DNA of 64,000 nt from an uncultured Chitinophaga sp. (GTDB lineage: Bacteria; Bacteroidota; Bacteroidia; 2-12-FULL-35-15), in NCBI GenBank assembly GCA_964549315.1, contig CAZJUY010000004.1, positions 64,268-128,267 of the forward strand, given 5' to 3'. This document shows, piece by piece, positions 17,601 to 26,750 of this stretch. A program made the position numbers and the translations under genes. Numbering within the stretch: position 1 is the first letter of the stretch; every line of letters begins with the position of its first letter. Below the pieces are notes generated by a model that was not told the origin of the DNA, ran no database searches, and saw only the letters and a list, made by a program, of their open reading frames with translations.

Positions 17601-19935
17601 TGGAACTTATACTTTTGTTGTAAATAATGGAACTTGTAATTCAGCATCATCATCAAGTGCTACAATTAATCCACAGCCAGTAACACCAACTGCACCAACA
17701 ATTGGAACTATTACACAACCAACTTGTGCAACAGCAACAGGTAGTGTTGCATTAAGTGGTTTACCATCATCAGGAACGTGGACTATAACTGGAACACCAA
17801 GTGGAACTGCTACAGGAACAGGAACAACAACAACTATTTCTGGATTAGCAGCAGGAACATATACATTTACTGTTAGTAATGGAACTTGCACTTCTACATC
17901 TTCAATAAATGCGGTAATAAATGCACAACCAACAACACCAGTTGCACCTGCAGTGGGAACAATTACACAACCAACTTGTACAACGCCAACAGGTGATGTA
18001 GCATTGAGTGGTTTGCCGTCATCTGGCACATGGACAGTAACAGTAACACCGGGAGGTGCTACAGTTACGGGAACTGGAACTACTACTACTGTAACAGGCT
18101 TAACTGCTGGAAATACTTATACATTTACTGTGAATGATGGAACTTGTACTTCAGGTTCATCTACTACAGCAACTATAAATGCTCCGCCATCAGCGCCAAC
18201 AGCGCCAATAGTTGGAACAATAACACAACCAACTTGTACTGTGTCAACAGGTGATGTTACTTTGAGTGGATTACCTACTTCAGGGACTTGGACAATTACA
18301 GCAAGTCCTGGAGGGGCTACTACAACAGGAACAGGAGGAAGTACAACTTTCACTGGATTAGGAGCAGGAACTTATACCTTTACTGTAAATGATGGAACTT
18401 GTACATCAGGTCCATCTTCATCTGCAACTATTAATACATTCCCTGGAGCACCAACAGCGCCATTATTAGGAACAATTACACAACCAACTTGTGCAACTGC
18501 AACTGGAAGTGTGGTATTAAATGGATTACCTTCATCAGGAACTTGGACAGTAACAACTACTCCAGGTGGTGCAACAACTACAGGAACAGGAACAACTACT
18601 ACAATTACGGGTTTAACACCTGGAACAACTTATACATTTACAGTTGATAATGGAACTTGTACATCTACAACATCAGCAAATGCTGTTGTAAATAACGTTC
18701 CTACACCACCAACAGCCACTGCAGGCTCGCCATTAGTATTGGGATGTAGCCCAACAAGTGGACCTGTAAGTGTTACTACATCAACACCTGGAGCTACATA
18801 TTCATGGGCTGGTCCTGGAATAGTAAGTGGTGGAAGTTCGGCTACAGCAACAGTAAATGCAGTTGGAACATATACAGTAACAGTTACAGACCCTGCTACA
18901 TCTTGTACTTCAACTGCTACTGTAAATGTTACAAGTAATACCACTGCACCAAATGTAACAGCTGGTTCAGCTTTAACATTAAGTTGTGCAGCATCAAGTG
19001 GAACAATTAGTGCTTCATCTACTACTTCTGGTGCAACATATAGTTGGACTGGAGCAGGAATAGTAAGTGGAGGAACAACAGCAACACCAACTGTAAATGC
19101 TGCTGGAACGTATACAGTAACAGTAACAGACCCAAGTAATGGATGTACAGCTACTGCAACTGTAACAGTTACAAATAATACAACAGCACCAAATGTGACT
19201 GCTGGAACAACAACACCAATTAGTTGTACAACAGGATTAGGAACTGTTAGTGCTAATTCAACAACAACAGGTGCAACATATAGTTGGGCAGGAGCAGGAG
19301 TAGTAAGTGGAGGAACAACAGCTACTCCAACAGTAAATGCAGCTGGAACTTATACAGTTACAGTAACAGACCCAAGCAATGGATGTACTGCAACCGCAGT
19401 AGTAACAGCTACAAACAGCCCTGGGCCAACTGCAAATGCTGGAACAGGAGTTACGATTATTCAAGGAGGTAGTACTACACTTACTGCTACTGGAGGTGGA
19501 ACATACTTATGGAGTACAGGAGAAACTACTTCAACTATTACAGTTACTCCTAATGTTACAACAGACTATTGTGTAACAGTAACCGATGGTAATGGATGTA
19601 CAGATTCATCTTGTGTGAGAGTAGTAGTAGATATTGTATGCGGTGAATTATTTATTCCAAATGCATTTTCACCAAATGGAGATTTATCAAATGATATATT
19701 TAGGGTAAAAGTAAATCCGGATTGTGTTGAAGATGTTCAGTTTTACATATTTGATCGTTGGGGTGAAAAAGTATTTGAAGCAACAACTGCTGATAAAGCA
19801 TGTGTGACAGGATGGGATGGAACTTACAGAGGGAAAGCTTTAGACAATGCAGTGTTTGTTTATTATTTAAACATTAAACTGTCAAACAGCACAGAAATGC
19901 AAAAATTAAAAGGAAACGTAAGTTTAATCAGATAA
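14653..19935 (+). CDS. SprB-like giant cell-surface adhesin with a T9SS type B (gliding motility-associated) C-terminal domain
   Basis: The protein has a signal peptide and an N-terminal beta-propeller-like region. It contains ten ~84-aa Ig-like repeats and three ~80-aa repeats. The C-terminus, FIPNAFSPNGD...FYIFDRWGEKVF...GWDGT...VFVYYL, is a type B sorting domain. Confidence 0.85.
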   Translation: MKQKLLTIIGILMFSVLSNAQTTTAFRKNYNQALFDLPGNIVEGVTPNTYVMAGTNLTFLPIYGTITQLNDTGGVTWSYRYSDASIGFQLNDIKKDAASSQYYACGGSESNAAVFMVVDVAGNIVIQKRFRINEADAAWFNRVIKTADGGYVAVGYVTGHDPDGAGPEIKFNPISYTDNNGDPQTDYISSPLIVKLDASGNHVWHRVTRYYQTSNIPANRIYNDASFTDVVEVSDGYVAVGSYDIANHRVVQNSDGDDASPTDALILKTSTAGAITYHKQIDNPSTSTSQSSKYLSAVNKTSAGDIIAAGTDNLRELIQKYNGPGGFTNTLSRLSTYSTTFPIGTDPCDISQIYEVPSSTDIVTMAMYIKPLSFFANSIKRVNSTVTTNVFAKRYNFNLISILPRGGLTSDNGYISMSMTAGGTNYDYHVIKTDPNGDTPLTGCPPNSFTPTFAAGPTTFADPFYNSWAGTVPSQTIAIVRSSITPSVGYVCTRVACVAPSAPVAGAVTQPTCSTPTGSVALSGLPSSGTWTVTASPGGATATGTGTTGTISGLAAGTTYTFTVTVVAGCPSVPSGSATVNAAPVVPTAPTIGTITQPNCTTATGSIALSGLPSSGTWTVTGSPSGTATGTGTTTTISGLAPGTYTFTVSNGTCTSTSSLNAVVNTQPTVPTAPVVGTITQPTCATPTGSVALSGLPSSGTWTVTATPGGSTTTGTGTSTTFSGLPAGTTYTFTVSNGSCTSSSSSNAAINTAPVVPTAPTVGTITQPTCSTATGSVALSGLPSSGTWTVTGSPSGTATGTGTTTTISGLGAGTYTFTVSNGTCTSTSSVNAVINAQPTVPTAPVVGAITQPNCTTPTGSVALSGLPSSGTWTITATPGGSTTTGTGTSTTFSGLPAGATYTFTVSNGSCTSTSSTNVTINPAVGVPAAPIVGTVTQPTCSTPTGGVALSGLPSSGSWTITATPGGATTTGSGTTTTFSGLPAGTYTFVVNNGTCNSASSSSATINPQPVTPTAPTIGTITQPTCATATGSVALSGLPSSGTWTITGTPSGTATGTGTTTTISGLAAGTYTFTVSNGTCTSTSSINAVINAQPTTPVAPAVGTITQPTCTTPTGDVALSGLPSSGTWTVTVTPGGATVTGTGTTTTVTGLTAGNTYTFTVNDGTCTSGSSTTATINAPPSAPTAPIVGTITQPTCTVSTGDVTLSGLPTSGTWTITASPGGATTTGTGGSTTFTGLGAGTYTFTVNDGTCTSGPSSSATINTFPGAPTAPLLGTITQPTCATATGSVVLNGLPSSGTWTVTTTPGGATTTGTGTTTTITGLTPGTTYTFTVDNGTCTSTTSANAVVNNVPTPPTATAGSPLVLGCSPTSGPVSVTTSTPGATYSWAGPGIVSGGSSATATVNAVGTYTVTVTDPATSCTSTATVNVTSNTTAPNVTAGSALTLSCAASSGTISASSTTSGATYSWTGAGIVSGGTTATPTVNAAGTYTVTVTDPSNGCTATATVTVTNNTTAPNVTAGTTTPISCTTGLGTVSANSTTTGATYSWAGAGVVSGGTTATPTVNAAGTYTVTVTDPSNGCTATAVVTATNSPGPTANAGTGVTIIQGGSTTLTATGGGTYLWSTGETTSTITVTPNVTTDYCVTVTDGNGCTDSSCVRVVVDIVCGELFIPNAFSPNGDLSNDIFRVKVNPDCVEDVQFYIFDRWGEKVFEATTADKACVTGWDGTYRGKALDNAVFVYYLNIKLSNSTEMQKLKGNVSLIR
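16150..18708 (+). repeat. Intragenic tandem repeat array: 10 units of 252-261 bp (84-87 aa) in two alternating subtypes
   Basis: Unit starts were read at 16150, 16411, 16663, 16921, 17173, 17431, 17686, 17938, 18196 and 18451. The consensus unit is PTAP.VGTITQPTC.T.TGSVALSGLPSSGTWTVT...GTYTFTVSNGTCTS. Confidence 0.9.
18709..19430 (+). repeat. Second intragenic tandem repeat: 3 units of ~240 bp (PNVTAG...ATYSWAGAGIVSGG...GTYTVTVTDPSNGCTATA)
   Basis: Unit boundaries were read at 18709, 18948 and 19189. Confidence 0.85.
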
Positions 19936-19985
19936 TTTTTGAAAAAGAAAATAGATTTTAAAAACTTATATTTGAAAATATTAAA

Positions 19986-21047
19986 TTGAAAACACAAGAC
20001 ATGAAAAATCAAAAAATAAAATCAGCACTTACACTTTTTGCATCGGTTATTACATTAGCAACCTTTGCTCAAGATGTGCATTTTTCACAGTTCAGAGAAA
20101 CACCTATACTTTTAAATCCTGGTCGCACAGCTTTAGATAGAGATTTGCGCGTGATTTTAAATTACAAAGATCAATGGCGTAGTGTAGCTTCTCCTTATAA
20201 AACATTTGCTTTTTCTGGTGAAATGGCAATTAATAAAAAGAAAAGCAAAGGAAGTTATCTTGGTTTAGGAATTCAAGTGTTTTCTGATAAATCAGGTGAT
20301 TCTAAAATGGGAATTACTGTTGCTTCTTTAAACTTATCTGCAATAATTAAAACAGGAGAGAATAGCAAATTAGGTGTTGGAATTATGGGAGGATTTGGCC
20401 AGCGTTCGGTGAGCTATAGTGCTTTACGTTGGGAGAATCAGTATGTTGCTGGAGAATACAATGCAGCAGCAGCTACAGGAGAACCAAATGGTGTAGCTAG
20501 TTATACGCTACCAGATGCAGCAGCAGGAATAGCATGGACTTACGGAAAAGGTGAAAAATATATTTCTGCAAATGATGGAATAAAAGCTACAATCGGAGTG
20601 GGAGCACATCACTTTGGCTTTCAAAAATATTCTTTCTACAAAGAGGCTGGAGAAAAATTATTTACAAAATTTGTAGCACATGGTAACGTTGCATTTGGAT
20701 TATCTAATTCGAATATGATAATTTCACCCGGCTTTATGTTTACAATGCAAGGTCCATCAAAAGAAATTGTAGCAGGAAGTGTTTTCAAATATGTTTTATC
20801 AGAAAGTTCAAAATATACTGGAAATAAAAAAGGTTCTGCAATTGGACTTGGTTTAGATTACCGTGTAGGTGATGCTGCTATAGCTTCGTTAATGTATGAG
20901 TTTGCTAACTATTCAGTTGGTATTAGTTATGATGTGAATGTATCGCAGCTTAAAACAGTAAGCTCATTGCGTGGTGGTTTTGAAATTTCATTGAAATTTG
21001 TTAGCCCTAACCCATTCCTTAGTAACGTGAATAAATCAAGGATATAG
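19986..21047 (+). CDS. PorP/SprF family type IX secretion system membrane protein (cognate partner of the upstream adhesin)
   Basis: The N-terminus, AQDVHFSQFRETPILLNPGRTA, matches the SprF signature AQQDPxFSQY...NPA. The length is ~350 aa, and the gene sits immediately 3' of a type-B adhesin. Confidence 0.75.
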   Translation: MKTQDMKNQKIKSALTLFASVITLATFAQDVHFSQFRETPILLNPGRTALDRDLRVILNYKDQWRSVASPYKTFAFSGEMAINKKKSKGSYLGLGIQVFSDKSGDSKMGITVASLNLSAIIKTGENSKLGVGIMGGFGQRSVSYSALRWENQYVAGEYNAAAATGEPNGVASYTLPDAAAGIAWTYGKGEKYISANDGIKATIGVGAHHFGFQKYSFYKEAGEKLFTKFVAHGNVAFGLSNSNMIISPGFMFTMQGPSKEIVAGSVFKYVLSESSKYTGNKKGSAIGLGLDYRVGDAAIASLMYEFANYSVGISYDVNVSQLKTVSSLRGGFEISLKFVSPNPFLSNVNKSRI

Positions 21048-21108
21048 TATTTTTTATATAAATATTTTTCAAGGAGAAATTTACAACAAGTAAATTTCTC
21101 CTTGAAAT

Positions 21109-22734
21109 TTGAAGCGATTGACAAACAAATTATCTGATATGAAAAAAATATTTTTATTAAGCCTAAGCATTTTTACTTTTATTACAGTAGGTTATTCACA
21201 AATAGTTGAGGAAAAAACGATTGGTGATACGTTAAAAATTTCAATTAAAAACATAGGAACAGAAGTTAATTCAAGTTCACACGATTATTGTGTAGTGACT
21301 TCTGCTGATGGAAAAATTATGTTTTTTACTTCAAGAAGAACTGTAGAAAAAACAAAAGTGAAAGTGAAAAAAGGCTTAGATAATATTTACTATACTACCT
21401 ATGACGAAAAGCAAAAAAAATGGAATGAAGCAAGTATTGCATCCGAACCATTAAACAATGCAGGTAGAAATAATTCCAATATAGCACTATCAAATGATGG
21501 TTCTTGGTTGCTTTTGTATAGAGATAATGAGCTGATAGAAACAGGTGATATTTTTGAATCTTACCAAAAAGGACTGTCTTGGACTGAACCGGTGATGTTG
21601 CCCGAGCCAATTAATTCAAAGCATCATGAATCATCAGCAAGTATTGCTCCTGATGGGCGTACAATTTACTTTGTGAGTGATAGGCCAGAAGGAAGTAAAG
21701 GAGGAAGAGATATTTGGTATTGTACTAAAGATGAAAATGGAACCTGGGGCAAAGCTGTTAATCTTGGAGGAGCAATCAACACCAAAGATGATGAAGACTG
21801 TGTTTTTATTCATCCTGATGGAAAAACACTATACTTTAGCTCAACAAGAAAAGGCGGTTTAGGTGGTTACGATATTTATGTTACTAAAAATGAAAAAGGA
21901 TTGTGGAGCACACCTGTAAATCTAGGTGCACCAATCAATACACCTGATGATGATTTGTTTTTTGTTTTAACGGCAAGTGGAAAAACAGCTTATTATTCTT
22001 CAGAAAGAAAAGGAACAAAAGGAGAAAGAGACATTTTTGAAATTAATTTTACTGCTTTAGAAAAAAAGAAAGACAAAGGACCACGTTTGGCATTATTAAA
22101 AGGAAAAATTTATGATGCTAAAACAAAACAACCAATTGAAGCTACAATAGAAATTGTGAACTTAAAAACAGGTGAAAAAGTATCTAACTTTACTTCGAAT
22201 AGCCAAACAGGTAGCTATATGGTAAGTTTACCTGCCGGACTTAATTATGGAATTTATGTAAATGGAGTAGGTTATTTATTTCATTCTGAAAATATAGATT
22301 TACCAGATGCTACAGATTATCAAGAAATTGAAAAAGATATTTTTCTGAATAAAATTGAAAAAGGAGCAAAGATTGTTTTAAATAATATTTTCTTTGATTA
22401 TGGTAAAGCAAGTTTACGTAGCGAATCTTTTGGAGAGTTAGACAGGGTTGTGAAAATTTTAAATCAAAACCCAAATATAAAAATTGAAATTGGTGGTCAT
22501 ACTGATACAAGAGGTAGTGCAGAGTTTAATCAAAAGCTTTCTGAAGACAGATCAAAATCTGTAGTTGAATATTTAATTCAAAAAGGCATACCTACTGCTC
22601 GTTTAAAATATAAAGGTTACGGTGAATCATCACCAATCAACAGTGATGCTAAAATTGATGCTGAACCATTAGAAACTAAAAAAGAAGAATTACACCAACA
22701 AAACAGACGTACAGAGTTTAAAGTGTTGGAGTAA
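21109..22734 (+). CDS. OmpA family protein with TolB-like PD40 repeats and a carboxypeptidase-regulatory-like domain
   Basis: It has repeated ...YF.S.R.G..G..DI. PD40 units. The C-terminal OmpA domain reads NNIFFDYGKASL...GHTDTRGSAEFNQKLSEDRSKSV...NRRTEFKV. The likely true start is MKKIFLL at 21139. Confidence 0.8.
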   Translation: MKRLTNKLSDMKKIFLLSLSIFTFITVGYSQIVEEKTIGDTLKISIKNIGTEVNSSSHDYCVVTSADGKIMFFTSRRTVEKTKVKVKKGLDNIYYTTYDEKQKKWNEASIASEPLNNAGRNNSNIALSNDGSWLLLYRDNELIETGDIFESYQKGLSWTEPVMLPEPINSKHHESSASIAPDGRTIYFVSDRPEGSKGGRDIWYCTKDENGTWGKAVNLGGAINTKDDEDCVFIHPDGKTLYFSSTRKGGLGGYDIYVTKNEKGLWSTPVNLGAPINTPDDDLFFVLTASGKTAYYSSERKGTKGERDIFEINFTALEKKKDKGPRLALLKGKIYDAKTKQPIEATIEIVNLKTGEKVSNFTSNSQTGSYMVSLPAGLNYGIYVNGVGYLFHSENIDLPDATDYQEIEKDIFLNKIEKGAKIVLNNIFFDYGKASLRSESFGELDRVVKILNQNPNIKIEIGGHTDTRGSAEFNQKLSEDRSKSVVEYLIQKGIPTARLKYKGYGESSPINSDAKIDAEPLETKKEELHQQNRRTEFKVLE

Positions 22735-22791
22735 AATTATTCTTATTACATTTGTTAAGAATTGCATCATAAACAGATGCCTTAAAAAACA

Positions 22792-24384
22792 ATGATACAT
22801 CAACTTAGTATTGTCCTTAGCCCTAAGGAAGCAGCCGATGAAAATGCTGTTAAAGAAAATGCTTCACAGCAATTATTCTGTAGTGCAGAATCAATATCCT
22901 ATATTAAAATTTTAAAACGTTCTATCGATGCTCGTTCACGGAATATTAAAGTGAACTTGAAAATAGATGTATATATTAATGAACTTCCTCCAAAACCTAT
23001 TAGTTATAAAATAAATTACTCGAATGTTTCTTCTAAACAATCAGTAATTGTAGTTGGCGCTGGACCAGCAGGTTTGTATGCTGCATTACAATTAATTGAA
23101 AATGGTTTTAAGCCCATCGTTATTGAAAGAGGGAAAGATGTGAAATCAAGGAGAAGAGATTTAGCAGCAATAAATAAAGAACATATTGTGAATCCAAATT
23201 CTAACTATTGTTTTGGAGAAGGCGGAGCTGGAACATATAGTGACGGTAAGCTTTATACACGTTCCACAAAAAGGGGGGATATAAATAAAGTATTAGAAAT
23301 TTTTGTAGCACATGGTGCTGATGAAAATATTTTAGTGGAAGCTCATCCACACATTGGAACAAATAAACTTCCAAAAATTATTGAAGCAATAAGGCAAACA
23401 ATTATTGATTCGGGTGGTGAAGTACATTTTAATTCTCAAGTAATTGATTTTATTATTAAAGAAAAGGCAATTAAAGGTGTTATTTGTAATGATATAGAAA
23501 AAAATACTACTACTGAATTTGTTGCTGATAATTTAATATTAGCAACAGGACATAGCGCTAGAGATATATTTGAGCTATTACATAAAAAAAATATTTTAAT
23601 TGAAGCAAAAACATTTGCAATGGGTGTTCGAGTTGAGCATCCACAAGCATTAATTGATTCATTACAGTATCATTGCAGCTTGAGTGAGGTAAATTATAAA
23701 CGTGATTATTTACCCGCTGCATCTTATAGCTTGGTTCATCAAGCAATGGGGCGTGGAGTGTATTCTTTTTGCATGTGTCCTGGAGGGATAATAGCACCTT
23801 GTGCAACTGCTCCAGGAGAAGTAGTTACAAATGGTTGGTCGCCTTCAAAGCGAAATAACCCGTATGCTAATTCTGGAATAGTTGTTACAATTGAATCAGA
23901 AGATTATTTATCTTTTTCAAAGGAAGGGCCTTTGGCAGGATTGCGTTACCAGCAAGCGTTAGAACAAATGGCTTGGAAAGCTGGAGGTGAAACACAAACT
24001 GCTCCTGCACAGCGTTTACAAGATTTTGTAAACAATAAATTATCAGCTTCACTACCTGATACATCTTATCAACCTGGAGTTAAATCAGTTGAGTTACATA
24101 GTTTACTCCCCAAAGAAATAAGCAAACGCTTGCAATTGGGTTTCACAGAATTTGGGAAAAAAATGCGTGGATACCTAAGCAATGATGCTGTAATAGTTGG
24201 AGTAGAGTCGCGTACTTCATCACCAATAAGAATACCTAGAGATAATGTTTCATTGCAACACCCACAAATAAAAGGCTTGTATCCTTGCGGAGAAGGAGCA
24301 GGATACGCTGGAGGAATAGTTTCTGCAGCCATAGATGCGCAAAAATGTGCCAATGCAATTGCTTTAATACATTCTAATAAATAG
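22792..24384 (+). CDS. NAD(P)/FAD-dependent oxidoreductase (COG2509-like)
   Basis: The protein has the dinucleotide-binding motif VIVVGAGPAGLYAAL and is 530 aa long. Confidence 0.65.
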   Translation: MIHQLSIVLSPKEAADENAVKENASQQLFCSAESISYIKILKRSIDARSRNIKVNLKIDVYINELPPKPISYKINYSNVSSKQSVIVVGAGPAGLYAALQLIENGFKPIVIERGKDVKSRRRDLAAINKEHIVNPNSNYCFGEGGAGTYSDGKLYTRSTKRGDINKVLEIFVAHGADENILVEAHPHIGTNKLPKIIEAIRQTIIDSGGEVHFNSQVIDFIIKEKAIKGVICNDIEKNTTTEFVADNLILATGHSARDIFELLHKKNILIEAKTFAMGVRVEHPQALIDSLQYHCSLSEVNYKRDYLPAASYSLVHQAMGRGVYSFCMCPGGIIAPCATAPGEVVTNGWSPSKRNNPYANSGIVVTIESEDYLSFSKEGPLAGLRYQQALEQMAWKAGGETQTAPAQRLQDFVNNKLSASLPDTSYQPGVKSVELHSLLPKEISKRLQLGFTEFGKKMRGYLSNDAVIVGVESRTSSPIRIPRDNVSLQHPQIKGLYPCGEGAGYAGGIVSAAIDAQKCANAIALIHSNK

Positions 24385-24412
24385 TACCTTTGTATTTTAA
24401 AAATTAATAATT

Positions 24413-24781
24413 ATGCGTTTTTTAATTCAATTAATCATCTCAACACTTGCAGTTTTAATTACATCATACTTGTTGCCTGGAGTAGAAATTAAAGACAATA
24501 GTATTTTAATAGCACTTATTGTAGCTGCGGTTCTTGCATTTTTAAACGCAGTTGTAAAGCCAATTATGATAGTGCTTACAATTCCTGTTACTATTTTTAC
24601 ATTTGGTATATTTTTACTTGTAATAAATGCTTTAATGATAATTTTAGCTGCCAAGCTAGTAGATGGATTTTATGTAAGAGGCTTTTGGTGGGCGCTCTTA
24701 TTCAGTTTCATTTTGTCGTTTGTAACTTCTATTTTAGAAGGAATTAAGAAAAAAGATGAGGACAAAAATAATTTTAATTAA
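24413..24781 (+). CDS. Phage-holin-4_2 (YvlD-like) family small membrane protein
   Basis: The 122-aa protein has four predicted TM helices and an overall resemblance to the PF04020 family. Confidence 0.5.
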   Translation: MRFLIQLIISTLAVLITSYLLPGVEIKDNSILIALIVAAVLAFLNAVVKPIMIVLTIPVTIFTFGIFLLVINALMIILAAKLVDGFYVRGFWWALLFSFILSFVTSILEGIKKKDEDKNNFN

Positions 24782-24786
24782 GAAAA

Positions 24787-25614
24787 ATGATAAACGTAGG
24801 GAAGTATAACGAGTTGGAAGTAGTAAGACATGTAGATTTTGGTTCCTATCTACGTGCGGGTGATATTGAAGTTTTGATGCCTAAAAAATGGGTTCCAAAA
24901 AATGTTCAAATTGGCGATATTATTGAAGCCTTTGTGTATCGCGATTCTGAAGATAGGCTAATAGCTACTACTATAGAACCTTTTGCAAAAAGTGACGAGT
25001 TTGCATTTTTGGAAGTAAAACAAGTAACAAGTATTGGAGCATTTATGGATTGGGGGATGGAGAAAGATTTATTAGTGCCTTTTAGTGAGCAACCCTTTAA
25101 AATGCAAGAAGGTAGAAGTTATGTTGTATTTGTTTATACAGATGAAAAAACAGATAGAATAGTAGCTTCAGCCAAATTGAATAGGTACATAATCAAAGAA
25201 GATATTGAATTAGAAAACAATGATATTGTTGATTTACTAGTTTATTCTGAGTCGGATTTAGGATATAATGCCATTATCAATAATTTATATACTGGATTAA
25301 TTTATAAAACGGAAGTTTATGATAATATAAGAGTTGGTGATAGAATGAAAGGATATGTTAAACAAATCCGACCTGATAATAAAATAGATTTAACGCTTCA
25401 AAAAAGTGGATATGAGCTAGTGGATGATGTAAAATGGCGATTACTGTCCATTTTAAAAGAGAAAAATGGCTTTTTAGCATTGAGCGATAACAGTTCACCA
25501 GAAGAAATAAAAAATGCACTCCAAATAAGCAAAAAAGCTTTTAAAAAGGCCGTGGGAGCCTTGTATAAAGAAAGGCTTGTTACTATTACCGAAAAAGGTA
25601 TAAAATTGCTTTAG
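24787..25614 (+). CDS. CvfB/YitL family S1-like RNA-binding protein
   Basis: Tandem S1-like segments are present, with a GAFMDWGMEKDLLVPF motif. The length is ~275 aa. Confidence 0.6.
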   Translation: MINVGKYNELEVVRHVDFGSYLRAGDIEVLMPKKWVPKNVQIGDIIEAFVYRDSEDRLIATTIEPFAKSDEFAFLEVKQVTSIGAFMDWGMEKDLLVPFSEQPFKMQEGRSYVVFVYTDEKTDRIVASAKLNRYIIKEDIELENNDIVDLLVYSESDLGYNAIINNLYTGLIYKTEVYDNIRVGDRMKGYVKQIRPDNKIDLTLQKSGYELVDDVKWRLLSILKEKNGFLALSDNSSPEEIKNALQISKKAFKKAVGALYKERLVTITEKGIKLL

Positions 25615-25749
25615 TTTTCACCAAATTACGCTTAATTGCTCTTTTTGTGTGATAGTATAGTTAATACTATCGATAAATAACACAAAAATTAGGTCAGATT
25701 AAAAAAATGATTTAATTTTGTTATTATTAATTAACTATTTATTTATTAA

Positions 25750-25938
25750 ATGAAAAAAGGAACAGTAAAATTTTTTAACGAAGCAAAAGGTTTTGGCTTT
25801 ATTAAAGAGGAATCAGGACAAGAAATATTTGTCCATGCAACAGGTTTAACTGAAAAAGTAAAAGAAAACGACACAGTTGTTTTTGAAGTTACCGAAGGCA
25901 AAAAAGGTGTAAACGCTATAAACGTGAAAAAAGCATAA
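25750..25938 (+). CDS. Cold-shock protein (CspA family)
   Basis: MKKGTVKFFNEAKGFGFI contains the RNP1 motif. The protein is 62 aa. Confidence 0.9.
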   Translation: MKKGTVKFFNEAKGFGFIKEESGQEIFVHATGLTEKVKENDTVVFEVTEGKKGVNAINVKKA

Positions 25939-25956
25939 TATTTGTTTACCTTACCT

Positions 25957-25990
25957 AAAAAGCTCCAAATTTATTTGGGGCTTTTTTATT
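25957..25990. terminator. Rho-independent terminator after csp; bidirectional with the convergent GT2 gene
   Basis: The hairpin aaagctccaaa/tttggggcttt is followed by a T-run. Confidence 0.55.
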
Positions 25991-25994
25991 TGAA

Positions 25995-26750
25995 TTAAGT
26001 CATCCCCTTTTTTGTAATCAAATGAAATGGGAAACGAATTAGGATATAAATGTGGTTTAGTAATGTTTGAAAAAAACCATAATGTTTTACCATGATGCTA
26101 AACCGTTCAATCAATGCTGATTTTCTCTTTTTGTTGGAAGTACCTCCTTCTAAAAATTTTGATATATAATCATACGTGTAAACAATAGAATCTGCTTGTT
26201 TTAATACATTTATTACCCAATCTATATCTGCTGCAATTTTATACTGTGAATTATAAAAATCACATAACAACCTCTTGGGAATAAAAGATTGGTGAGAAAC
26301 ACACATGCCATATTTTAAACTTTTCCAGCTGAGATTAGTTGGAGGTTTTAACCTTCTGTCGGATAGAATATCACCATTTTTATTAATTATGGCAGTATTC
26401 CCGTAATAAATGTCGGCATTGACATTTTTTGAAAAAATAGATTCTAATGTTTTAGAATCATATAATTCATCTCCTGCATTTAAGAATAAAACATATTCAG
26501 CGCTCGCAAGCCTTAAACCTTTGTTCATGGCATCATAAATTCCATTGTCTTTTTCGGAAATAAATTTACTGATGTTAGAATTGTGTTTTTTAATTATGTT
26601 AATTGTATTATCTGAAGAATTGCCATCTATTACAATAAATTCAATGTTTTTGAAAGATTGATTGATAACACTTAAAATAGTTTTTTCAATTAAATGCTCC
26701 GCATTGTAAACAACAGTAATAATAGATATTTTAGGTAAAAGTTTGTTCAT
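25995..26750 (-). CDS. Glycosyltransferase family 2
   Basis: The N-terminus, ISIITVVYNAEHLIEKTILSVINQSF...FIVIDGNSSD, matches the GT-A DxD-type fold. Confidence 0.8.
   Translation of the reverse strand: MNKLLPKISIITVVYNAEHLIEKTILSVINQSFKNIEFIVIDGNSSDNTINIIKKHNSNISKFISEKDNGIYDAMNKGLRLASAEYVLFLNAGDELYDSKTLESIFSKNVNADIYYGNTAIINKNGDILSDRRLKPPTNLSWKSLKYGMCVSHQSFIPKRLLCDFYNSQYKIAADIDWVINVLKQADSIVYTYDYISKFLEGGTSNKKRKSALIERFSIMVKHYGFFQTLLNHIYILIRFPFHLITKKGMT

Noticed and set aside
16150-19430. Possibility that the periodic repeats are a CRISPR array or non-coding satellite
   Set aside because: The repeats are 240-260 bp, lie in frame, and encode a continuous Ig-like protein repeat. There are no short spacers or cas genes.
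16329-19464. Several long antisense ORFs (16329-17114, 17607-18029, 18117-18353, 18630-18944, 19258-19464 on the minus strand) and short sense ORFs inside the adhesin repeats
   Set aside because: They lie entirely within the tandem-repeat coding region of the 1760-aa adhesin. Their translations are low-complexity (V/P/G-rich) mirror images of the Thr/Gly codons, which makes them frame artefacts of repetitive DNA.
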